This document shows positions 33,992-42,288 of a stretch of DNA of 50,659 nt, one piece after another. The stretch is taken from positions 1 to 50,659 of IMG/VR virus record IMGVR_UViG_3300022699_000112. One strand, given 5' to 3'. The first letter of the stretch is position 1, and each line of letters opens with the position of its first letter. Both the position numbers and the translations under genes were made by a program. Below the pieces are notes generated by a model. The model searched no databases and was not told the origin of the DNA. It was given only the letters and a program-made list of their open reading frames with translations. The DNA is from a virus (Duplodnaviria; Caudoviricetes).

Positions 33992-34210
33992 TTACTGGTA
34001 TTTGTCGAGTGTCTTTTTTACTATTTTTAAGGCGTCCGGTTCGTCAATCCGAGCAAAGCGACCACCCAGATCGACAACCCGCTGCATATTGTGACCGTCG
34101 AGAAACCAAATTTCTTGTATCTCCATTGATTCATTAACCGCAAACCCTAATTCACTGTTTTCGCAGAAACTCATAAATTCGAGTACTGTTATCGCTTTCG
34201 TGTATTCCAC
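33992..34210 (-). CDS. Hypothetical protein
   Basis: GTG start with AAGGGGG RBS. Confidence 0.5.
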   Translation of the reverse strand: MEYTKAITVLEFMSFCENSELGFAVNESMEIQEIWFLDGHNMQRVVDLGGRFARIDEPDALKIVKKTLDKYQ

Positions 34211-34224
34211 AACAACCCCCTTTT

Positions 34225-34491
34225 CTAGAATTCTATCCTACAGAAGCCCATAAAATGGACCATTACCGATTCTTGCTGGAGTTCACTCTTTAAATGGTCG
34301 GCAAAAGCCCGTACAGCATGATCTTGATTCTGGGCACAGAATATCTCAATTACCAGTGAGTATTCCGTATCACCTTTCCAGATACCTATTGTCTCGTATA
34401 TCGTAGCTCCGTCGAATCCGTACCGATCAAGAGCATTTACGACAATACCCATATCTTTATTTTCAGTATAAACTTTGTAACCAAACATCAT
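34225..34491 (-). CDS. SAM lyase (T3 SAMase)/DUF3574-like protein
   Basis: FDGATI...GIWKGDTEYSLVIEI...FADHLKSELQQESVMV; AAGGAG RBS. Confidence 0.6.
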   Translation of the reverse strand: MMFGYKVYTENKDMGIVVNALDRYGFDGATIYETIGIWKGDTEYSLVIEIFCAQNQDHAVRAFADHLKSELQQESVMVHFMGFCRIEF

Positions 34492-34667
34492 TAATCTCCT
34501 TTTCCATATCCGATGCACTCAAGCTCACCGTTGTGCTTTGTGTGGATATAATAGAAAGTATCAGTTATTTGCTCTGCAACGATTGCGGCTTCGATCATGT
34601 CTTCAGCGAATATTTCAGCCTCGGCAATCTTGCCCGTATTATCTGTAATTACTACTTTGAATGTCAT
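34491..34667 (-). CDS. 58-aa hypothetical protein, first gene of the leftward early-type block; not in the ORF track
   Basis: Hand translation MTFKVVITDNTGKIAEAEIFAED...; AAGGAG RBS; TAATG coupling. Confidence 0.55.
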   Translation of the reverse strand: MTFKVVITDNTGKIAEAEIFAEDMIEAAIVAEQITDTFYYIHTKHNGELECIGYGKGD

Positions 34668-34812
34668 TTTTAATCTCCTTTAGTACTCTAGGTGTTATCT
34701 TTAACCATAACTCATACGGTCAAAAGGCTATTATAGGGGGGACGAAAATTAAAAATAAAACAATAATTTCATGTCCAGAATACATCTGGCCCGATTCAAT
34801 ACAGGATAAACC

Positions 34813-35304
34813 ATGCAAGAAATAGATTTAGATAAAGTCATATTTAAAGACATCAAGAGCAATAAGCAGAAAATGTTCATCCAGTATTACTGCAATCCAG
34901 AGTCTTCAACATACGACAATGGCACACAATCCTATAAAAGAAGCTATACAAGCAATGATGATAATGTTTGTGCAGTAGAGGCACATCGGTTACTAAGCAA
35001 TCCTAAGATTCAGGATGCTATAAGTTGTTATAGGGCTTATATCCATGAACAGAACGCATTTGAGCTTGATTGGCTTGATAATAACTTGAGAAATCTTTAT
35101 TACAGAGCTATAGAGTCTGAAGATATCAATGCTCAGCACCGTATTTTAAGGACAATAGGCGATAGAATAGGTGCATTCTCCGATGTTAAGCCTGCTGAGG
35201 GTAAAATGATACCTATGACGGAAGAGCAGATGAAGATAGCTACGCGGGTAATGCAGGATATTATGGCTGAGTCCAATAGGAACAAGATAAAAAAGGTAGA
35301 TTAG
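34813..35304 (+). CDS. terS: Terminase small subunit
   Basis: KQKMFIQYY...NGTQSYKRSY...AVEAHRLLSNPKIQDAI HTH pattern. Confidence 0.78.
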   Translation: MQEIDLDKVIFKDIKSNKQKMFIQYYCNPESSTYDNGTQSYKRSYTSNDDNVCAVEAHRLLSNPKIQDAISCYRAYIHEQNAFELDWLDNNLRNLYYRAIESEDINAQHRILRTIGDRIGAFSDVKPAEGKMIPMTEEQMKIATRVMQDIMAESNRNKIKKVD

Positions 35305-35680
35305 TACCGGCCATAACTATCTGCTTTTTCGGGTAAATACAAAATGAACACAGATTTATACGAACATACACTAGAGACATACAGGCCAATACCTTGTTCA
35401 GTATATTCCGTGTTCATTGTACAATATCATTGGGTATCAAGAGTTATATAGATGTATAATATCCAGAATTGCCCCCTTCCCTATTTATGTACTCTATATT
35501 ACTAATGAGGTAATGTATGTTTAATATCCAGAATCGCTTTGGCTTATGGGGAGAAAGAAGTAATTTAGTAAAAGTAGACCCCCACCCTCGGGAACGCCCC
35601 CCTCATGGGTCTTGTAGGGACCCCCGTCAAATAAAAATTTTCAATTTTATAGATTAAGTGGACCCCCCGCGTCGGTTATT

Positions 35681-35956
35681 ATGTTTGATATCTTCTGCCA
35701 CAAGATTTACTTCAAGATAAAAGGGAATCAGTTCGACATCACCCTTGCTGATCTGGTCGACCACATTGTTCGTGGAATCGCTTCGTCAGGCTTTACTGAG
35801 GGCACGAACGTCAATGACCCGGACCTACGGGTACCCCCTGACCCTAAAACGTCTCAGAATGGAAATATGGGGGCAGGCATGGAGGCCGAGTTTAAAAGAG
35901 AGGTATATCGTCTAGCCAAGGATTATTATGAAAGAATGCACAAAGAAACACCTTGA
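35681..35956 (+). CDS. Hypothetical protein
   Basis: First ORF after the 376-bp gap. Confidence 0.5.
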   Translation: MFDIFCHKIYFKIKGNQFDITLADLVDHIVRGIASSGFTEGTNVNDPDLRVPPDPKTSQNGNMGAGMEAEFKREVYRLAKDYYERMHKETP

Positions 35957-36060
35957 GGCCAAGATCGTGTCCTACCAACAGGCTATTAGGGAAAGATTTG
36001 ACCAAATTGCCTACTTAAAGGGGCTTATCGCCCAAATCGAAAAACAAATGGAGCAAGACC

Positions 36061-36459
36061 ATGATAAGTAACTTCAAGACGCTAAATGGTACTGAATGCC
36101 TCTACTGGAATGGGGGTGTGTTCATGTTGACTCCACACGGCTGCTGTTCATTCTGTGCAACAAAAGTCCAACGGCATGATGTGATCGCGGGTACGCGGCG
36201 TGTCGAACTGGACATATACGATACCAAAACAGGCTACGGGGCGGTAGTTCTCGAACTATACCCCTCTACTTTTGATGATCTCGAAATCCTGCACCGGTGG
36301 TTCTTTGGGTCCCATGCTTGTGATTGTGAACGCGGAAAGAGACTTTACCCCGATGAAGACGGTTTTGACTGCAACAAATACGGCGAGAGAAATCGGTTTA
36401 TTTTGAGGAAATTGACTATTAACAGTAACCTTGAGGTGTGTTTTAGGACCTATGTTTAA
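36061..36459 (+). CDS. Hypothetical Cys-rich protein
   Basis: GGAG RBS; GSHACDCERG motif. Confidence 0.55.
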   Translation: MISNFKTLNGTECLYWNGGVFMLTPHGCCSFCATKVQRHDVIAGTRRVELDIYDTKTGYGAVVLELYPSTFDDLEILHRWFFGSHACDCERGKRLYPDEDGFDCNKYGERNRFILRKLTINSNLEVCFRTYV

Positions 36460-36637
36460 ACTTAGAAAACTGCTTCGAAATATCCGGAATATCTTCACCC
36501 ACGAGCTAGAACGAGAATTATCGGATTTGGCTATTGATTATTTCCGTATAGCTGATGAACTAGAAGAAGAAAAAGAAAATCTCCTACTCCGAATTGATTC
36601 TGATTCCCCAATCCGATCTCGTGAAAGGTACTCCTAA
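36452..36637 (+). CDS. Hypothetical protein
   Basis: Start placed at MFKLRK; TAATG-coupled downstream. Confidence 0.45.
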   Translation: MFKLRKLLRNIRNIFTHELERELSDLAIDYFRIADELEEEKENLLLRIDSDSPIRSRERYS

Positions 36638-36912
36638 TGGGAACATGGACAGTAGAAATAACCATTTTTGATGAGGCAACCCAGACTGCTAACGTCCGGG
36701 CTGTCCGGGTAGACAGTGCTACGGACGAAAAGTTTGTCTATGAGTGTCGAGCTATTATCTCTACCCCTGAACAGCGTAGTGCTCTCTTGCAACGCATCAA
36801 AGACAAATTCATTGAAGACGAAGCCCGGCAGGGGAGGATTGAAAATATTCTCGCAGGTCTGGCTGATACCGCAACAAACGCACTAAATAATTGGGAGGCC
36901 ACCAATGGCTAA
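36637..36912 (+). CDS. Hypothetical (virion-associated?) protein
   Basis: Coupled ORF in the late operon. Confidence 0.6.
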   Translation: MGTWTVEITIFDEATQTANVRAVRVDSATDEKFVYECRAIISTPEQRSALLQRIKDKFIEDEARQGRIENILAGLADTATNALNNWEATNG

Positions 36913-37321
36913 TACTGGATATACTTGGGGGTCTTGGGCCTTTGTTCAAAAAGGGGCGGGAAACTGGTCCGCTGACGACTTGGCTGATGCGGCTACCGAA
37001 ACGGGGGATGCTACCTCGATAGACGGTAAAGCGGCTGCTCTAGTCTCGGTTACGGCTGTGGAAGACAATACCGGTGCTATAGACGGTGAGGTGACGGTTT
37101 ATATCCTTGGGGACATAGACGGCACTAATTATGAAGAAACCACCATAGGCAACCCCTATAAGGTTACTTTCACCCCCGTACAGAACGATACCGTCCGAGT
37201 TATCATTCCTGTCGACCCTAGAGTTTATAAGAACTTCAAGGTAGCTATCGAGAATCAGGGGGGCCAGACCCTCGCAATGTCCGTCAGACTCATCACCGCA
37301 GATATCCCGGCAGCTTCATAA
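36905..37321 (+). CDS. Putative virion beta-sandwich protein
   Basis: GGAGG RBS; Thr/Ala/Gly-rich, beta-rich composition. Confidence 0.6.
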   Translation: MANTGYTWGSWAFVQKGAGNWSADDLADAATETGDATSIDGKAAALVSVTAVEDNTGAIDGEVTVYILGDIDGTNYEETTIGNPYKVTFTPVQNDTVRVIIPVDPRVYKNFKVAIENQGGQTLAMSVRLITADIPAAS

Positions 37322-38229
37322 TGATTGAACTTCTAACCAAACCACATCTTGGTTTTCTCCAATCCAACGACTGGAAACAACACCCCGTCTTTCACGGGCT
37401 GATCGGTTGCTGGCCTATGGTCGAGGGCGGTGGGAATCGCCTTACCGATATTTCAGGCTACATGAACCACGGCACAATCAATGGTGCAACATGGGTCGGG
37501 ACTCCTTGGGGTCCGGGCCTTTCTTTTGACGGGTCTGATGATTATGTAAACTGCGGGGCTATGCACGCTTGGGGCGTGGCGAACACAAAAACCTCCGACC
37601 CCCCACCTCAATTTACCGGACACTTGGGGTTTTCGGTAGTAGCGTGGTGTCGAACCAGTTCAAGTTCCCGGCAGGCAATTCTGGCCTCAGACTGCTTGGG
37701 GTTTAGTGACGAACCCGAAATCGGGCTTCTCTTAAACCATACCTCTACCGGCTGGGGTGAATCGACAGGGAACCATTGGGGCGGGTCGATTCTTTACACC
37801 AACAAGGACCGGGTAGCTACAGTTTCCAGTAATTCCACCCCCTATAACGGGGAATGGCACATGATAGGTTGTGCGAACGCGGGGGAGCGGAATGACCTAC
37901 TGGCCTTTTATCTCGACGGAGAGGATGTAACAGCAGCCACCACGACCGATACTTATGGGTATGGGGAATGGGAAATTCAATCCTATGTAGCAATTGGGGC
38001 CACTTCTGACACCGCCGGGGGTACTCCGACCTACTTCTTCAACGGACAAATGACCCTCGTGATGATGTGGAATCGAGCCATTACCGCCGATGAGGCCGCA
38101 ATGTTATACAGGTTGGGACCGGGTGGAATTTTCCGAAATGAGTTCAACCCGGGCTATTATGGGGCGATAAATCTCGGAACCCCTGACTTTAATCCCGCAT
38201 GGACTATTAACTGTAATCAGGTACTATAA
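37321..38229 (+). CDS. LamG/concanavalin-A-like virion protein
   Basis: GLIGCWPMVEGGG...DISG..NHGT...LSFDGSDDYV...WHMI...FNGQM....WNRAITADE. Confidence 0.85.
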   Translation: MIELLTKPHLGFLQSNDWKQHPVFHGLIGCWPMVEGGGNRLTDISGYMNHGTINGATWVGTPWGPGLSFDGSDDYVNCGAMHAWGVANTKTSDPPPQFTGHLGFSVVAWCRTSSSSRQAILASDCLGFSDEPEIGLLLNHTSTGWGESTGNHWGGSILYTNKDRVATVSSNSTPYNGEWHMIGCANAGERNDLLAFYLDGEDVTAATTTDTYGYGEWEIQSYVAIGATSDTAGGTPTYFFNGQMTLVMMWNRAITADEAAMLYRLGPGGIFRNEFNPGYYGAINLGTPDFNPAWTINCNQVL

Positions 38230-39677
38230 TGCTTAAAAAGAACACCACAGGACAATTTTTATACTTTGGACTGGTCAGTACGGTTGATGGGTCCGCAGTT
38301 ACCGGAGCTTCGCCCTCTGGTTATGTGTCTCTCGACGGAGCCGCTCAGGGGGCAGTCGGGGGAAGTATTACCGAAGTCGGTAACGGTCAATATAAGCTGG
38401 CCTGCAATGCTGGCGACCTCAATGGGGACGAATGTGGTTTCCTTTTCACCGCCGCCGGAGCGGTACCAGTCAGTCTCACAGTTACTACGGAAACGAAGAA
38501 AATGGCCGATCTCAATGATCTGGCTGCTGGGGCATTGATGGGCTTAGCCAATGACGCTATTACCGCCGCCAAATTCGATGAGAGTACAGCATTCCCCCTT
38601 AAATCCGCTGATACCGGGGCTACACAGATCGCTCGTACGGGTGCTGATGGAGATACTTTGGAGTCTCTCTCTGACCAGATCGACGGACTCCCCACCGATG
38701 CTGACGTAAATGCTGCTTGTGACACGGCTTTGGCCGATATTCACCTTGACCATCTTCTGGGCACTGCTTACGCTGGTGAGGGAACTGCCGGGTCCATTCT
38801 CAAAGACCTCTTGGAAGATGATGGAGGTACCTATCGGTTCACGTCTAACGCCCTTGAACAAGGTCCTGCGGCTACTGCTGACGCGACCGAAGCTAACCAG
38901 ACGACAATTATTAACCACCTTACGGACATTAAAGGAACTGGTTTTGTTAAAGATACGGACTCAATGGTGGATTTGGCCCATATTGGTGCAGACGGAGACA
39001 CCCTCGAAACCCTTTCGGACCAACTGGATGCCATCCCCGATGCCGCCGCAATCAACGCCGAAGTGGACACGGCCCTTGCCGACATACACCTTGACCACCT
39101 CTTGGCAGCAGACTATGACCCAAGTTCCAAACCCGGAGTGGCAACAGCTTTACTGAATGAAATTATAGAGAACGATGGTGGAGTTTCTCGATTCACCGCT
39201 AACGCTCTGGAACAGGCACCCGGGGCAACAGGTGATGCTTCGGAGGCGAATCAGACTACCATCATCAATCATCTTACGGATATCAAGGGTACCGGGTTCG
39301 TTAAAGATACCGATTCGTTGGTGGACCTCGCACACATTGGGGCTGACTCGGATACCCTTGAAACTTTAAGCGATCAGTTGGATGCTATGGACACCAAGAT
39401 CGACACCATTGACGGTATTGTAGATGATATCCTTACAGATACTGGAACTACGCTTGATGGTAAGATCGACACTGCCGACGCGGTTGCGGACTCTATTCTG
39501 GCTATCCTCCAAGGCGACCACGAGATCAACACTGCCACCTCTCCTTGGAGGCAACTTATCAAGGACAAGACAACCAGTTCTACGCTGGTGGAAAAGGAAA
39601 TGTTTGAGGAAGATGGGTCTACGGGTGTAACGGCTACGACTCAAGTTGTGGGTGCTCTCAAGGAGCCGAGTGCTTAA
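38229..39677 (+). CDS. Acidic repeat-containing putative fibre/virion protein
   Basis: N-terminal ITEVGNGQYKL baseplate/fibre-like domain followed by ~115-118-aa tandem repeats. Confidence 0.65.
   Translation: MLKKNTTGQFLYFGLVSTVDGSAVTGASPSGYVSLDGAAQGAVGGSITEVGNGQYKLACNAGDLNGDECGFLFTAAGAVPVSLTVTTETKKMADLNDLAAGALMGLANDAITAAKFDESTAFPLKSADTGATQIARTGADGDTLESLSDQIDGLPTDADVNAACDTALADIHLDHLLGTAYAGEGTAGSILKDLLEDDGGTYRFTSNALEQGPAATADATEANQTTIINHLTDIKGTGFVKDTDSMVDLAHIGADGDTLETLSDQLDAIPDAAAINAEVDTALADIHLDHLLAADYDPSSKPGVATALLNEIIENDGGVSRFTANALEQAPGATGDASEANQTTIINHLTDIKGTGFVKDTDSLVDLAHIGADSDTLETLSDQLDAMDTKIDTIDGIVDDILTDTGTTLDGKIDTADAVADSILAILQGDHEINTATSPWRQLIKDKTTSSTLVEKEMFEEDGSTGVTATTQVVGALKEPSA
38640..39387 (+). 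repeat. Intragenic tandem repeat, ~345-354 nt period (two full copies plus a partial)
   Basis: GADxDTLExLSDQxD occurs three times; DTALADIHLDHLL and EANQTTIINHLTDIKGTGFVKDTDS occur twice. Confidence 0.9.
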
Positions 39678-39700
39678 TCCTCATTGGAACGGAAATAACT

Positions 39701-39919
39701 ATGTTTGGAAGTATGTTTACAAATTTTGGGGCCGCCGGTGACTTCCCTGACCGAAGCAACGTACTCGTGGACGATACGGTAAACGGCCTTGCTGGGCTGT
39801 TCCAAAACATCGCAGAGGGGTACGTCAAAGCCGGGGAACAGTGGGGCAATGGTGGTACGGAATTTACCGGCACGGCTGAACTATCCGGGCAGACTTTATT
39901 CTTTTTGAATCGGCGTTAA
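39701..39919 (+). CDS. Hypothetical protein
   Basis: TAATG-coupled to terL. Confidence 0.55.
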   Translation: MFGSMFTNFGAAGDFPDRSNVLVDDTVNGLAGLFQNIAEGYVKAGEQWGNGGTEFTGTAELSGQTLFFLNRR

Positions 39920-41550
39920 TGGAACTGACCCAAGAACAACTATGTGCCGCTTCTGCTGCTGCATGGGCACACTACACCAGTTTGAATCTTGATGGGCACA
40001 AATTCGAGCTTGAAACTAGGGCATACCAGCAGGAGCTACTCTCGTTCTACACAATGGACGGAAAAACCAAATACAATGAGGTAATCCAGACAGGTTCTCA
40101 GGTAGGTAAAACAATGGGTAAGGTTATTGAGGCTACTCATGGGGCCATTTATAACCGATACCCACAGGGGATTATTTTCTACTTCCCACAGAGGACTGGT
40201 GTAGATGTATTCTCTGCTGGGCGATTCCAGTACTTCATCGACGATAACCCCCAGATTAAACAGTATCTCGGTAAGACCAACCGAAACGACTGTAGACGAC
40301 TCGGCAAGGTCAATATTTACTTCTTCGGGGCCGGGGCAGGTTTGAGAGTAGGCGGTGAAGCCAAGGACTCGTCCAGTGCCCGATCTACCCCTGCCGACTG
40401 GATTATCCTTGACGAGCGAGCTATCTTTGACGAAGCTATGGCTTCCCAGCTTAACCAGCGTCTAGGTAACTCCAAGATCGCCAGACGTACCGATGTTGGT
40501 ACACCCAAGATTCCCGGGGATGGGCTGGATACCATCTACCAAGCCTCCGATCAACGGAACTGGCATATCAAATGTGAGCATTGCGGGAAATACACCTGTG
40601 CTGAACTGGAATTCCTCAATGATGCTGAAAAAGCTATCCAAGTAGACAAGGACGGAGTAGGCCATCTTGTTTGTAAACATTGTAGACGTTTTATCGTTCC
40701 TTATTCCCCCGGTTCTTTGTGGGTACCCGCATATCCTGATCGACCTGTTATTGGTTATTGGGTATCTCAAATGCTTAACCCGAACCGGAATCTCGAACTT
40801 CTTCTAAGACAGTGGCATGACCCCGAGGGCCATCAATGGACCCTTGAGGAATTCTACCGTACTGTACTCGGGATGCCCTATATTTCGGCAGAGAATAAGC
40901 TGAGTATGCAGGACGTTTATGTCTGTTGTGGGATGCACCCACAGGCGGGACACTCCAAACCTCCGACAGTCATGGGCGTGGACGTTGGTAAAGTCCTCCA
41001 CTATGTTATTGGCATCAAGGTAGCCAATGACAACTACGAAATCCTCAAAGTAGGCCGTGCTGAAAACCAGTATGAACTCCACGATGTCGCAGAACGGATG
41101 AATGTCCGCTTCGCTGTTATTGACCATGACCCGGAAATCCACATGGTCGAGGAATTCCAGAAAGTGGAGCCGTATGGTATCTTTTTGAATCGCTACTCCG
41201 ACCACATGAGAAGTCCGGCTGTTTGGAACGACAAAGGTACTGTCCAATCCCCCCGGACAAAATGGTGCGATAAAACCCACGATGCTATTAGTGAGAGGCA
41301 GATAAGTCTTCCTAGGCGGTGTCCAGAGATTGATGAGTACGCTTACGAAATGACCAACACAGTCAAGATTTTTGAGAAAGACGAAAAAACCGGACTAGGG
41401 AAGTTCAGATACCGCCAGTTGGCAAACAAACCGGACCACTACTTCCATGCCACTCTGTATTTTCTACTAGCTTGTACTAGAACCGCTCCGGTCCGTCGGG
41501 ACTCAATGGTTAATTCTTGTCCACAACCGAAAAACGAATTCTATCTATAG
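39919..41550 (+). CDS. terL: Terminase large subunit (lambda gpA-like ATPase, Zn ribbon, nuclease)
   Basis: AYQ adenine-binding motif, GSQVGKT Walker A, IILDE Walker B, GTP coupling motif, SDQRNWHIKCEHCG...CKHC, MGVDVG, DHYFHA. Confidence 0.88.
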   Translation: MELTQEQLCAASAAAWAHYTSLNLDGHKFELETRAYQQELLSFYTMDGKTKYNEVIQTGSQVGKTMGKVIEATHGAIYNRYPQGIIFYFPQRTGVDVFSAGRFQYFIDDNPQIKQYLGKTNRNDCRRLGKVNIYFFGAGAGLRVGGEAKDSSSARSTPADWIILDERAIFDEAMASQLNQRLGNSKIARRTDVGTPKIPGDGLDTIYQASDQRNWHIKCEHCGKYTCAELEFLNDAEKAIQVDKDGVGHLVCKHCRRFIVPYSPGSLWVPAYPDRPVIGYWVSQMLNPNRNLELLLRQWHDPEGHQWTLEEFYRTVLGMPYISAENKLSMQDVYVCCGMHPQAGHSKPPTVMGVDVGKVLHYVIGIKVANDNYEILKVGRAENQYELHDVAERMNVRFAVIDHDPEIHMVEEFQKVEPYGIFLNRYSDHMRSPAVWNDKGTVQSPRTKWCDKTHDAISERQISLPRRCPEIDEYAYEMTNTVKIFEKDEKTGLGKFRYRQLANKPDHYFHATLYFLLACTRTAPVRRDSMVNSCPQPKNEFYL

Positions 41551-41558
41551 GAGTTAAA

Positions 41559-42068
41559 ATGGGTTATTATGCTTTTGGTGCCCACGACGAGCTAGTCGAT
41601 GGCAGCACCCTTGAAGTCAGCAATGAAACAGTGCGAGTCAAAGACTCGGGTATTACCCCGGCTAAACTTCGCCAAGATGTACGGAATGTCGAATCAACCG
41701 ATACCGGAGCTTCGGGTACCTATTACCCGAACTGCATGGTGGGCTGTACCGTCAATACAAAGACGATGGCTGATACCGACAATGACGATGTTGCTCTTGG
41801 TCAGGTCTGCGTTGCCTCTGGGAACACGGTCGAGGGTGTTATTGGCGATATTGCCTCAGCCACCGTGGGTCGAAAGACCTGTATCGTCAACCGTTCCGGC
41901 GGTACCTTGCTCTGTACGGTAACGGACGAATCCAACACCAAGATCAACGAACTTGGCAAACGGCTATCAATCGCTGACCGAGGTTATTGCGTTCTGATGG
42001 AAGCGGCCAACGACAAATTTACAGTCATTGAAGCCGCTGGCGTAAGTCTCGTAGCCTATGCCGCGTAA
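41559..42068 (+). CDS. Putative virion fibre-like protein
   Basis: AGGAG RBS; VDGSTLEV...VRVKDSGITPAKL fibre-shaft-like motif. Confidence 0.55.
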   Translation: MGYYAFGAHDELVDGSTLEVSNETVRVKDSGITPAKLRQDVRNVESTDTGASGTYYPNCMVGCTVNTKTMADTDNDDVALGQVCVASGNTVEGVIGDIASATVGRKTCIVNRSGGTLLCTVTDESNTKINELGKRLSIADRGYCVLMEAANDKFTVIEAAGVSLVAYAA

Positions 42069-42078
42069 GGAGTAGAGT

Positions 42079-42288
42079 ATGTCTAGTTTATTTGGCGGTG
42101 GGTCGTCGAAACCTAAACCGCCCAAACCGGCCCCTGAACCACAGCGGCCCAAAGAGGAATCTCGTCGAATTGTGGAGGGAGCCGATAAAGCCCGACAAGA
42201 CGAGGTACGCAAGCGTATCCCCCCGGGCCGAAAAGCTACCTTGTTCGCTGGACTGGAAAAAGCTCTTAAAGATCGACTAGGGCAATAA
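42079..42288 (+). CDS. Small Pro/Lys-rich pre-portal protein (T7 gp7.3-like position)
   Basis: MSSLFGGG..KPKPPKPAPEP; ends LGQ coupled to the portal gene. Confidence 0.6.
   Translation: MSSLFGGGSSKPKPPKPAPEPQRPKEESRRIVEGADKARQDEVRKRIPPGRKATLFAGLEKALKDRLGQ

Noticed and set aside
24745-34812. Lysogeny module (integrase, CI/Cro, attP at the tRNA)
   Set aside because: No tyrosine/serine recombinase, ParA or CI-like motifs recognised, so lifestyle cannot be assigned from the PolA Leu762-type residue alone
38640-39387. Diversity-generating retroelement TR/VR pair or CRISPR array
   Set aside because: Differences are synonymous rather than adenine-specific, no reverse transcriptase was recognised, and I saw no repeat-spacer array
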